DNA of 54,750 nucleotides from IMG/VR virus record IMGVR_UViG_3300011113_000434, positions 1 through 54,750 of that record. One strand, given 5' to 3'. The first letter of the stretch is position 1. Each line of letters opens with the position of its first letter. Positions 35,993-45,224 of this stretch are shown in pieces. The notes beneath the pieces are model-generated. The model worked only from the letters and a program-made list of their open reading frames with translations. It was not told where the DNA came from and searched no databases. The stretch is from a virus (lineage: Duplodnaviria; Caudoviricetes). Position numbers and translations under genes: made by a program.

Positions 35993-36005
35993 GTAATTAT
36001 AAATT

Positions 36006-36431
36006 ATGTCAAATATGTTTGATAATCTTGATAAGGCATTTTCAACTGAAAGTGATATAGTTCCTGTTGAAGAAAAATCGGTCGAGATAGAAGTTGTCAA
36101 TAAAGAATCATCTGAAGACATAAAAAAAGATTACGACTACACACGTGCAAATTTATATTCATTAATTGAAAAAGGTCAAGAAGCAATTAATGGAATATTG
36201 GAACTTGCAGGAGAAGGGGGAAGTCCTAGAGCATATGAAGTTGCTGGTCAATTGATTAAAAGTGTTGCAGATACAACAGATAAACTAATGGATCTGCAAA
36301 AGAAATTAAAAGACGTTGAGCAAGATACTGTTAAAACAACTAATAACGTTACAAATAATGCATTATTTGTTGGATCAACATCTGAGTTATCAAAGATACT
36401 CAAACAAGGTTTTCTAAATAATAAGGAGTAA
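36006..36431 (+). CDS. g16: Terminase small subunit gp16
   Basis: DY.Y.R.NL..LI.KG, PRAYEV.GQLIK and FVGST.EL motifs; follows g15. Confidence 0.92.
   Translation: MSNMFDNLDKAFSTESDIVPVEEKSVEIEVVNKESSEDIKKDYDYTRANLYSLIEKGQEAINGILELAGEGGSPRAYEVAGQLIKSVADTTDKLMDLQKKLKDVEQDTVKTTNNVTNNALFVGSTSELSKILKQGFLNNKE
36413..36420 (+). promoter_or_regulatory. Probable late promoter for the g16-g17 insert
   Basis: TCTAAATA at the 3' end of g16, 23 nt before the ATG at 36444. Confidence 0.5.
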
Positions 36432-36443
36432 TCTACTTTTTCA

Positions 36444-38570
36444 ATGAGTTGGTCGGAAAAATATAAGCGATCTATTGATTGTGATAATCCAAAAGGATTT
36501 TCACAGAGAGCTCACTGTCAAGGTCGAAAGAAAAAATTGAAAGAGCAATTAAAACCATTTAAGTCAGTTGAACAGATTGCAAAAAAGCATCGTCTTGATG
36601 TTTCTTTCATTCAAAGGCAACTTGATATGGGTGAACCAATTGAACATGAACACACAAAAGATCATAAGTTGGCGATGGAGATTGCCCTTCAGCATTTAGA
36701 TGAAATTCCAGATTATTATACTCGTTTGAAAAAGATGGAAGCATCTGCTAAAAAAGAGCATAAAAAATTTAAAGATGTAAAAGAACATTGTGGTTGTGAA
36801 GATAATGCTGTGGAAGAACTTGAAGATCAATTAAAAGATCTAAAAGACACTTCTTATGATTCAATTGATAAATTAATGCGTCGTATTATGAAAAAGCATG
36901 ATATGACCGCAAAGCAATTACATAATGCATTTGTAGATAAAAATGGAAAAACTCCAGATGATTGGATTGAAGATCTGGAAGAAGGAACTTTACACCACTG
37001 GTTTAGAGGTTCTCGTTCTAAGGGTGGCAAACCAGGTTGGGTTCAAGCAGATGGTTCTCCTTGTGCTAATGAACCTGGAGAAACTAAAACTCCAAAATGT
37101 TTTAGTAGCGGCAGATTAAAATCACTCAAAAGAAAAGGTAAAAAAGGATTAGCGTTAATAAAATCAGCAGTTAGACGTAAAAGACAAAAAGATAAAGGGC
37201 AACAAGCAAAATCTGGAGCAGCAGCGCCAACTAATGTTCCAACTTTTGCAAAGGGTAAAAAAGATCCAAATTATGTAAAAGCAGAACCAGGAATTAAAGA
37301 AGCAATGGAACTTAACGAAGCAAAAAAAGACAAGCCTGGAAAAGGAAGTGGAACTAAGGATGCTTGCTACCATAAAGTTAAAGCAAGATATGACGTTTGG
37401 CCAAGTGCATATGCATCTGGAGCACTTGTAAAATGTCGTAAAGTTGGCGCAGATAATTGGGGAAATCAATCAGAAGAAACTCAAATGATCAGATATTGTC
37501 CAAAGTGTCAAAAAGATGAGACACGTTCAGAATGCAAATATGGTCCAAAATATTGGGATATGTTTTCTATTCCATCTTCATTAACTGGATTGAGTGCAAA
37601 TCAAATAAAATATGATCCAAATAGACCTCATCCAGCAAATGAAGCCTATGATCATGAGTATTCAATGGCTCGCTCAGAACTTTCAACAATTATTGCTGCT
37701 GCAAAAAGATTGAAGAAAAAAATTGGAAAGGGTGAAGGTAGTCTTGAGGCATGGGTTCAATCAAAGATTACCAAAGCAGCAGATTATATTGATACTGCTG
37801 CTGATTATGTTGATAGTGGTGAGATGAGTGAGGGTATTATTGATACTCTTGCTGCAAAAGTTGGACCTGTTATTGATAAAGGTGTAAACGCTGTTTTTGG
37901 AAAACCAAAAGTAACTATTAAAGAACCTAAAGTTACTCCTTCACCCACTTCTGGTTATCCAAATAAAGCAGTTCCAGAACCAGCATCTAATAGATTTTTA
38001 AGACCTGCTCCTTCTCCATCTCCAACCCCATCATCTTCAGCACAACCACAACAAAAAAATTATGGAAATGTTGGATCAGTTGGAAATGTGGGCGGAAATT
38101 TAAGATATGTTATGGATAAAGCAAAAGAAAGAAATAAGATACTAAATCAACAAAATTCTTATCAACCAGAAGGAGATCTAATTGACGAAGCAGGTAAAAA
38201 GTGTTGGACTGGTTACAAGAAGAAAGGTACACAAGAATTATTTGGTAAGAAATATAATCGTTGCGTTAAAGAAGGATATTCAAACTGGAGAGAAGAACTT
38301 GGTTTAACTGAAGATTGGCAGTCAGTCAATCGTAAAGATAAAACTGATGGTCTCAGCCAGAAAGCAGTTGATGCTTATCGCCGCGAAAACCCAGGTTCAA
38401 AACTACAAACGGCAGTAACAGAGAAAAATCCAAAAGGTAAGAGAGCTAAGCGTCGTGCCAACTTCTGTCGCAGAATGAAAGGAATGAAATCTAAACTAAC
38501 CTCTGCTAAGACAGCAAGGGATCCTGATAGCAGGATAAATAAAGCACTAAGACGTTGGAATTGTCGCTGA
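36444..38570 (+). CDS. Modular basic, Cys-containing protein (708 aa); candidate head-packaged polyprotein
   Basis: Long ORF built from short, compositionally distinct modules joined at hydrophobic-x-E motifs. Confidence 0.8.
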   Translation: MSWSEKYKRSIDCDNPKGFSQRAHCQGRKKKLKEQLKPFKSVEQIAKKHRLDVSFIQRQLDMGEPIEHEHTKDHKLAMEIALQHLDEIPDYYTRLKKMEASAKKEHKKFKDVKEHCGCEDNAVEELEDQLKDLKDTSYDSIDKLMRRIMKKHDMTAKQLHNAFVDKNGKTPDDWIEDLEEGTLHHWFRGSRSKGGKPGWVQADGSPCANEPGETKTPKCFSSGRLKSLKRKGKKGLALIKSAVRRKRQKDKGQQAKSGAAAPTNVPTFAKGKKDPNYVKAEPGIKEAMELNEAKKDKPGKGSGTKDACYHKVKARYDVWPSAYASGALVKCRKVGADNWGNQSEETQMIRYCPKCQKDETRSECKYGPKYWDMFSIPSSLTGLSANQIKYDPNRPHPANEAYDHEYSMARSELSTIIAAAKRLKKKIGKGEGSLEAWVQSKITKAADYIDTAADYVDSGEMSEGIIDTLAAKVGPVIDKGVNAVFGKPKVTIKEPKVTPSPTSGYPNKAVPEPASNRFLRPAPSPSPTPSSSAQPQQKNYGNVGSVGNVGGNLRYVMDKAKERNKILNQQNSYQPEGDLIDEAGKKCWTGYKKKGTQELFGKKYNRCVKEGYSNWREELGLTEDWQSVNRKDKTDGLSQKAVDAYRRENPGSKLQTAVTEKNPKGKRAKRRANFCRRMKGMKSKLTSAKTARDPDSRINKALRRWNCR

Positions 38571-38746
38571 TGAAATTCGATCCCGATGATATCTCTTTAG
38601 AGAATCTAACTAAAAACTTTGAGTATACAAAGATTGCACGTGAGATTGATTCTTGTGATGATCTTGAATATATGAAAAATGTTGCAAAGTGCTATGTAAA
38701 ACTTTATTTCAAAACACAAGAAACAATCGCAGCAATGGTCAAATGA
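38570..38746 (+). CDS. Small helical protein, NblA-like (58 aa)
   Basis: TGATG coupling gives MKFDPDDISLENLTKNFEYTKIAREIDSCDDLEYMKNVAKCYVKLYFKTQETIAAMVK. Size and two-helix hydrophobic pattern resemble NblA. Confidence 0.45.
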   Translation: MKFDPDDISLENLTKNFEYTKIAREIDSCDDLEYMKNVAKCYVKLYFKTQETIAAMVK

Positions 38747-39057
38747 AATCATTCAAAGAATTTCTATCAGAAAGCATTAATATTGCTGGTGATTTCAACG
38801 GTAATCTTTACGTTAATAGTTCCGAAACACAATCGGAACCAGTTGGGGAATCTTTTCTTGCAGATATAATGTGGCAAGGAAAAATATATCGCCTTGAAGT
38901 TGAGGGTAAAATGATGGATAAAAACTCTCTAACAGAACAAATTCAAGGTGAATATCCTGGCGCGATTGTTCATAATGTTTATCCATTAACACAAAATTCT
39001 GTAAAAATTAAAAACGCACAGAGGTATAAGCCTGAAAGTTTAAATTGGGGTGATTGA
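38743..39057 (+). CDS. Hypothetical protein with a T4-like capsid targeting sequence (104 aa)
   Basis: ATGA overlap with the upstream stop; begins MKSFKEFLSES. Confidence 0.75.
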   Translation: MKSFKEFLSESINIAGDFNGNLYVNSSETQSEPVGESFLADIMWQGKIYRLEVEGKMMDKNSLTEQIQGEYPGAIVHNVYPLTQNSVKIKNAQRYKPESLNWGD

Positions 39058-39060
39058 TTT

Positions 39061-40374
39061 ATGGCTCAGTTTAATAAGAATGAACAGGATTTCCTAAATC
39101 AGGAAAGAACTCTTTTTGAAGTGAATATGATTGCCAATAAAAATGGCAATGTTGTTACAACAAGTAATCCATTTCCAGTTACTGGAGATCTACAGATATC
39201 TGGTCAGGAATATACAAGTAAAAATAGAGCTAAAGTATCTCCATATCAAACGGTATTTTTCAATACTTTCCAGTATGGTCTAGAGACTGATGTATGGGAG
39301 ACATCAATCGTAGGTATTGCTTCTGCAGTTCATAATCCCAATGCATCCAATGTTACAATGTCTGTTGGAGTCACAACAGGTTCCAAAGTGATCCGACAAA
39401 CCAGGACTGTAATGAGATACATTCCTGGCAGAACATCTACAATATCTTTTGCAATTCGTTTAGAAGCTCCAGTGGTAGGAATTCGTAGAAGATTTGGAGT
39501 TTTTGATGAGAGAAATGGTGCTTTCTTTGAGGACGATGGTGGAACATATTCTTGCGTTATTCGTAGTTCTACAACAGGAATTACATCAGAAACAAGAATA
39601 GTCAGAGATAACTGGAATGGAGACAAATTAGATGGTTCTGGACCTAGTGGTATAATTGCAAATCCAGTTCCACAACAGATGATTAATATTGAATATGAGT
39701 GGTATGGTGCAGGTGAAGTAAAATTTACTTTTACGATTGATGGAGAAACTCACATAATTCATAGATTCCAACATGCAAACAGAATAAATCAATTATGGTG
39801 CGGAACTCCATTTTTACCAATTCGTTGTGAACTTGAGAATGTAACTGGTGTTGCAGGAACTCATTACATGTATCAGGGTTCTAACTCACTTTCTCAAGAA
39901 GGAGAACCAGAGAAACTTGGAACTCTTGTCAGTCAAGGTAATGCAATTACTGGAACTACAATGTCAGTTGCAAATACTTTTTATCCAATTCTCAGTCTTC
40001 GCCTTAAACCAAGTTGTCTGAGTGGAGTTGTTCTTCCAAGATCAATTCAGGTATCTACGAATGATAACACTAACATTTTCTGGAGATTAATTGAGAACCC
40101 AACTCTAGTCGGTGCAGCATTTACTGATCATGCAAACCCAGATGCAATTACTCAATATGATACCACTGCAACTTCTTTCACTGGTGGTAAAGTTCTTTTA
40201 AGTGGATTTGTTGTTGGTGGTGGAGGAAGTCAGGTAGTTATTGATGATAAAGCGCAATTACAGATTGGTAGAAGTGGTATTGGAACAATTAGCGATATTT
40301 ACACTCTTGTGTGTGCCTCACCTAACGCTAACAAGGCAGCACTTGCAATTATTAACTGGTTGGAACAAAGGTAA
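39061..40374 (+). CDS. Beta-rich hypothetical protein, probably virion-associated (lectin/jelly-roll-like)
   Basis: 437-aa ORF with RQT...MRY.PGR, FG.FD..NG.FFE and EYEWYGAG motifs; Gly/Thr-rich like the structural proteins. Confidence 0.65.
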   Translation: MAQFNKNEQDFLNQERTLFEVNMIANKNGNVVTTSNPFPVTGDLQISGQEYTSKNRAKVSPYQTVFFNTFQYGLETDVWETSIVGIASAVHNPNASNVTMSVGVTTGSKVIRQTRTVMRYIPGRTSTISFAIRLEAPVVGIRRRFGVFDERNGAFFEDDGGTYSCVIRSSTTGITSETRIVRDNWNGDKLDGSGPSGIIANPVPQQMINIEYEWYGAGEVKFTFTIDGETHIIHRFQHANRINQLWCGTPFLPIRCELENVTGVAGTHYMYQGSNSLSQEGEPEKLGTLVSQGNAITGTTMSVANTFYPILSLRLKPSCLSGVVLPRSIQVSTNDNTNIFWRLIENPTLVGAAFTDHANPDAITQYDTTATSFTGGKVLLSGFVVGGGGSQVVIDDKAQLQIGRSGIGTISDIYTLVCASPNANKAALAIINWLEQR

Positions 40375-40380
40375 TTAATT

Positions 40381-42081
40381 ATGTCTGATGATGTTTACTT
40401 AGGTAATCCGAACCTCAAGAGGGCAAACACGCCTATTGAGTTTACGGAAGAAAATATTCTAGAATTTGTAAAATGCAAAAGTGATCCTGTTTACTTTGCA
40501 AAAAACTATATAAAGATTGTAACTCTTGATCATGGATTACAACCTTTTAAGATGTATCCATTTCAAGAGAAGTTGATCAAAAACTTCCACAATCACAGAT
40601 TTAATATCTGTAAGATGCCTCGCCAGACAGGTAAATCAACAACTTGTGTTTCGTATTTGTTACATTATGCCATCTTTAACGATAACGTTAATATAGCTAT
40701 ATTGGCGAACAAAGCATCTACTGCAAGAGATCTTCTCCAAAGATTACAACTTGCTTATGAGAACTTGCCAAAGTGGATGCAACAAGGTATTTTATCTTGG
40801 AATAAAGGTTCTCTAGAACTCGAAAATGGATCCAAAATTTCAGCAAACTCTACATCTTCATCTGCTGTCAGAGGCGGATCGTATAATATCATCTTTTTGG
40901 ACGAATTCGCTTTCATCCCGAATCACATTGCTGACGACTTCTTTGCCTCTGTTTATCCTACTATTTCTTCTGGTCAAAGCACAAAGGTCATCATAGTTTC
41001 CACGCCACGTGGAATGAATCATTTCTACCGCATGTGGCATGATGCGGAAAGAGATAAAAATGAATATGTCCCAACAGAAGTTCACTGGTCTGAAGTTCCA
41101 GGAAGAGATGATAAGTGGAAAGCACAAACCATTGCAAACACATCAGAACAACAGTTCCGTGTTGAGTTTGAGTGTGAGTTTCTGGGATCAGTCGATACAC
41201 TGATCAACCCAGCTAAACTTAGAACTCTCGTTTATGATGATCCAATAAAAAGGAATAAAGGATTGGATGTTTATTTGAATCCAATTGAGGAGCATAATTA
41301 TCTCATTACAGTTGACGTTGCTCGTGGAGTTGGTAGTGATTATTCTGCATTCATAGTTTTTGATATTACAAACTTTCCATATAGAGCAGTTGCAAAATAC
41401 AAAAACAATGAAATAAAACCAATGCTATTCCCAGCAATTATTCACCAAATTGCAAAAGCATATAATGATTCTTGGGTTTTGATTGAAGTTAATGACATTG
41501 GAGATCAGGTAGCAAATATTCTTCACTTTGATCTTGAATATGATAATGTTTTGATGTGTGCAATGAGAGGTCGTGCAGGTCAAATTGTTGGATCTGGATT
41601 TAGTGGTAAAAAATCCCAACTTGGTGTCCGCATGACATCTGCTGTTAAAAAATTAGGATGCTCTAATTTAAGAACTTTGATTGAGGATGATAAACTTGTA
41701 GTTAATGACTATGATATTATTAGCGAGCTAACTACATTTACTCAACGCCATAATACTTTTATGGCAGAAGAGGGATGTAACGATGACCTTGCAATGTGTC
41801 TTGTTATTTTCTCTTGGTTAGTTGCTCAGCAATACTTTAAAGAAATGACGGATAATGATGTCCGTAAGAGAATTTATGATGAGCAAAAAAATCAAATAGA
41901 ACAGGATATGTCACCTTTTGGATTTATCTCAGATGGATTTGAGGATACTGAAGAAATAACTGTTGATGTTGCTACTGGTGACAAATGGTTATTTGCAAAA
42001 GCAAAGAGTGAAATTGAAACAATGGAAATTTGGAACGTTGATGAATATGGGGATAGATCTTATATGTGGGATTACAGATAA
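40381..42081 (+). CDS. g17: Terminase large subunit gp17
   Basis: YLGNPNLK, Walker A PRQTGKST, Walker B IFLDEFAF, VSTP.G.NHFY, DVARGVG.DYSA and nuclease DDL motifs. Confidence 0.98.
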   Translation: MSDDVYLGNPNLKRANTPIEFTEENILEFVKCKSDPVYFAKNYIKIVTLDHGLQPFKMYPFQEKLIKNFHNHRFNICKMPRQTGKSTTCVSYLLHYAIFNDNVNIAILANKASTARDLLQRLQLAYENLPKWMQQGILSWNKGSLELENGSKISANSTSSSAVRGGSYNIIFLDEFAFIPNHIADDFFASVYPTISSGQSTKVIIVSTPRGMNHFYRMWHDAERDKNEYVPTEVHWSEVPGRDDKWKAQTIANTSEQQFRVEFECEFLGSVDTLINPAKLRTLVYDDPIKRNKGLDVYLNPIEEHNYLITVDVARGVGSDYSAFIVFDITNFPYRAVAKYKNNEIKPMLFPAIIHQIAKAYNDSWVLIEVNDIGDQVANILHFDLEYDNVLMCAMRGRAGQIVGSGFSGKKSQLGVRMTSAVKKLGCSNLRTLIEDDKLVVNDYDIISELTTFTQRHNTFMAEEGCNDDLAMCLVIFSWLVAQQYFKEMTDNDVRKRIYDEQKNQIEQDMSPFGFISDGFEDTEEITVDVATGDKWLFAKAKSEIETMEIWNVDEYGDRSYMWDYR

Positions 42082-42317
42082 TGGAATTTGATTTTGATGA
42101 TCAAATGGAGTTGGAGCATATATTATTTTTTGATAGAAAATGTCGTGTTTGTGGAAAGGTAAAAAATTTAATGAATGATTTTTATCTAACTCGTAAAAAT
42201 AAAGGAGCATTCCCATCTGCGTATTCTTACGAGTGTAAAAATTGCACAATAGATAGAATTCAAAAAGATAGGAAGAAGAAAATTTTGAATACTGAGTGGC
42301 AATATCCCGATTGGTAA
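42081..42317 (+). CDS. Small zinc-finger protein (78 aa)
   Basis: TAATG coupling; CxxC (RKCRVCG), then FY, then YECKNC; ends in YPDW. Confidence 0.75.
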   Translation: MEFDFDDQMELEHILFFDRKCRVCGKVKNLMNDFYLTRKNKGAFPSAYSYECKNCTIDRIQKDRKKKILNTEWQYPDW

Positions 42318-42356
42318 ACGTTCACGCATCGTTTCCCCGTTGAAAGTAACCTTTTT

Positions 42357-42364
42357 CATAAATA
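42357..42364 (+). promoter_or_regulatory. T4-type late promoter
   Basis: CATAAATA upstream of g18, followed by a GGAG Shine-Dalgarno. Confidence 0.7.
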
Positions 42365-42397
42365 ATTTCAGATTAATTTGGATTCGGAGAAGTAAAG

Positions 42398-44581
42398 ATG
42401 CCACTCAATTTAGCATCTCCTGGAATCGTTGTTAGAGAAGTTGACTTAACCGCAGGTAGAGTAGATGCCGTATCTGACAAGATTGCGGGTATTGTAGCTC
42501 CATTTGCACAAGGACCTGTAGAACTACCAACACTGGTTTCAAACGAGCAAGGTTTACTAGACGTTTTTGGAACTCCATATGCTACGGATAAGCACTATGA
42601 GAGTTGGATGGTTGCATCATCTTATCTTGCATATGGCGGTCAGTTAAGAGTTGTAAGATCAGATGATGATGATTTAAGAAATGCTTTTGTTGGCGCTGGA
42701 AGTAGCGTTAAAATTAAGAGCCAAGAGCATTATGTTCAACTTGGATATGATGAGAATACCAATAGCAATTTCCTATTTGCTGCAAAAAACCCTGGTGGTT
42801 GGGCAAATGATCTTGTAGTAGCAATTATTGATGCAGAAGTAGATCAACTTCTAACTGGAGTTACCACAACAGGATATGCAGTTGGATTGGGTGTTACTCA
42901 AACTGCTGCTGGATTAGCAAATATTGGTATTGGAACTACAAGCCAACTTGATGGTTATCTAAAAGGAGTTATTACTCAAGTTAATGCTGGTAGCATTGGC
43001 GTTAAACTTCTTGCAAGAGTATCTGCTGCAGGAACAGAAACTGCAGTTGATTACCAAGAATCTGGAACATATCGCTTTAGAAGCGGTCTTGCAATTGGTG
43101 TTGGTAATACATTATCAGGTGCATCTACTGCAACACCAACTGGAACTCTCGATTGGTTCAATCAACAATCGATCACACTATCAAATAGCACCACAATTGC
43201 TTGGAATACAATTGCAGATGCACCTGGAACTTCCGCATTTGCTGCAGCAAGAGGTGGTAGATTTGATGAAGTTCACGTTGTTGTTATTGATGACAAAGGA
43301 AAAATCAGTGGAAACGCTGGAACTATCCTAGAAAAACACCTTAGCCTATCTAAAGCAAAGGATGCTGAATTCTCAACAGGAAGTCCTTCTTACTGGAGAA
43401 AGTATCTAGAGGTTAACTCAAATTATCTATTCGCTGGATCACAACCACACGCTGCTGTTGGTGGTGTTACAACTTGCTCTTTCAGTGCAGCAAGTGTTGG
43501 TGCTACAACTTTAAGCCTTGCATCAGATACTGGTTGGGATCAAAATGCTTCTGGTGTTTCTTTCGGATGTCATGGTGCTAGCACACTGAAACTACTTGGT
43601 GGTCTAAACTATAATGGCCAAACTGGAATCACAACTGCTGGATCTTTAACTGCTCCAATCGGAAACCTTTCAAATGGATATGCTCTATTTGAAAATACTG
43701 ATAACTATAAGGTAGATTTCTTACTGATGGGTTCTGCAGCATATTCGAAAGAAAATGCCCAAGCATTAGCAAACAAACTGATTTCCGTTGCTGAAGTAAG
43801 AAAAGATTGTCTAGCGTTTATTTCACCATATAGAGGTGCTGCTTTAACTGATACTTCATCACAAACAGCAGTTACTGTTAACTCCGATGCTGATATCACC
43901 GATAATGTGATTTCATTCTATTCACCAATTACATCATCATCTTATGCGGTGTTTGACACTGGTTATAAGTACATGTATGATAGATTTAATAATGTATTCA
44001 GATATGTTCCTCTAAATGGGGATCTTGCTGGAACGTGTGCAAGAAATGATATTAATAACTTTGCATGGTTCTCACCTGCAGGAACTACAAGAGGATCAAT
44101 CCTCAATGCAGTTAAACTTGCATATAACCCATCGAAGACTCAGAGAGATCGCCTCTATAGCAATAGAATCAATCCAGTAATTTTCTCGCCTGGATCTGGT
44201 ATTGTTCTCTTTGGTGATAAAACTGCACTTGCAAAAGCATCTGCATTTGATCGCATCAACGTTCGCAGACTGTTTATCTATCTTGAAAATGCAATTTCTG
44301 CGGCAGCAAAAGATCAACTCTTCGAGTTTAACGATGAAATCACAAGAACCAACTTCGTAAATATCGTTGAACCATTCTTACGCGATATTCAGGCGAAGAG
44401 AGGAATCTTTGATTATGTTGTAGTTTGTGATTCTACAAACAATACTGCTGCAGTGATCGACAACAATGAATTTGTTGCTGATATCTACATCAAACCAGCA
44501 AGATCAATCAACTTCATTGGTCTAACCTTTGTTGCCACCAGAACTGGTGTTGCTTTTGAAGAAGTAATTGGAAACGTTTAA
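42398..44581 (+). CDS. g18: Tail sheath protein gp18
   Basis: SPGIVVREVDLT, RKDC.AFISP, WFSPAG..RG, GDKT, FDRINVRRLF, LFEFND and KPARSINFI motifs. Confidence 0.97.
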   Translation: MPLNLASPGIVVREVDLTAGRVDAVSDKIAGIVAPFAQGPVELPTLVSNEQGLLDVFGTPYATDKHYESWMVASSYLAYGGQLRVVRSDDDDLRNAFVGAGSSVKIKSQEHYVQLGYDENTNSNFLFAAKNPGGWANDLVVAIIDAEVDQLLTGVTTTGYAVGLGVTQTAAGLANIGIGTTSQLDGYLKGVITQVNAGSIGVKLLARVSAAGTETAVDYQESGTYRFRSGLAIGVGNTLSGASTATPTGTLDWFNQQSITLSNSTTIAWNTIADAPGTSAFAAARGGRFDEVHVVVIDDKGKISGNAGTILEKHLSLSKAKDAEFSTGSPSYWRKYLEVNSNYLFAGSQPHAAVGGVTTCSFSAASVGATTLSLASDTGWDQNASGVSFGCHGASTLKLLGGLNYNGQTGITTAGSLTAPIGNLSNGYALFENTDNYKVDFLLMGSAAYSKENAQALANKLISVAEVRKDCLAFISPYRGAALTDTSSQTAVTVNSDADITDNVISFYSPITSSSYAVFDTGYKYMYDRFNNVFRYVPLNGDLAGTCARNDINNFAWFSPAGTTRGSILNAVKLAYNPSKTQRDRLYSNRINPVIFSPGSGIVLFGDKTALAKASAFDRINVRRLFIYLENAISAAAKDQLFEFNDEITRTNFVNIVEPFLRDIQAKRGIFDYVVVCDSTNNTAAVIDNNEFVADIYIKPARSINFIGLTFVATRTGVAFEEVIGNV

Positions 44582-44602
44582 TTAATTTAGAGGTAAAAAA
44601 CC

Positions 44603-45193
44603 ATGGCAACCAGGACTCAATTAAATCCACCTCCATTAAGAAAAATTACCGACTTCAAAAGTAAGCTCACAGGTGGTGGAGCTAGAAGTAATCTGTTTGA
44701 AGTTGTGCTTTCATTCCCAGATGTTGCACCAGCTGATGCAAACGTTCTAGATAAATCTAGATTTCTTGTAAAAGCAGCCGCTCTACCAGCATCAACCGTT
44801 GCAGCACTTCCTGTTATGTTTAGAGGTCGTACTCTAAATGTTGCAGGTGATAGATCATTCGAAAGTTGGTCAGTTACGGTTATTAACGATACTGATTTTG
44901 CAATCCGTTCTGCATTTGAGAACTGGATGAACAAAATCAACAGAGTTTCTGATAACACTGGTGTTACTGATCCAGCTGCGTATCAAGCAGATGCTTATAT
45001 CTATCAATTAGATCGTAGCGGTGACACTTTAAGAGCATATCATTTCTATGATATTTTCCCAACCAACATCTCATCCATTGATCTTTCATATGATTCTGAG
45101 AATTTGGAAGAGTTCAGAGTAGAATTCCAAATCCTCTGGTGGGAAGCTGTTAAAGGTAACGCTGCTTCTGCAGGTGGTATCGATATCAACTAA
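44603..45193 (+). CDS. g19: Tail tube protein gp19
   Basis: GGGAR.NLFEV, FRGR...AGDR.F..W..TV.ND and FPT motifs. Confidence 0.96.
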   Translation: MATRTQLNPPPLRKITDFKSKLTGGGARSNLFEVVLSFPDVAPADANVLDKSRFLVKAAALPASTVAALPVMFRGRTLNVAGDRSFESWSVTVINDTDFAIRSAFENWMNKINRVSDNTGVTDPAAYQADAYIYQLDRSGDTLRAYHFYDIFPTNISSIDLSYDSENLEEFRVEFQILWWEAVKGNAASAGGIDIN

Positions 45194-45196
45194 ATA
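45189..45196 (+). promoter_or_regulatory. Probable late promoter
   Basis: ACTAAATA overlapping the g19 stop, upstream of g20. Confidence 0.55.
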
Positions 45197-45224
45197 GAGA
45201 ATAATAAGTCAATCAATCTATAAT

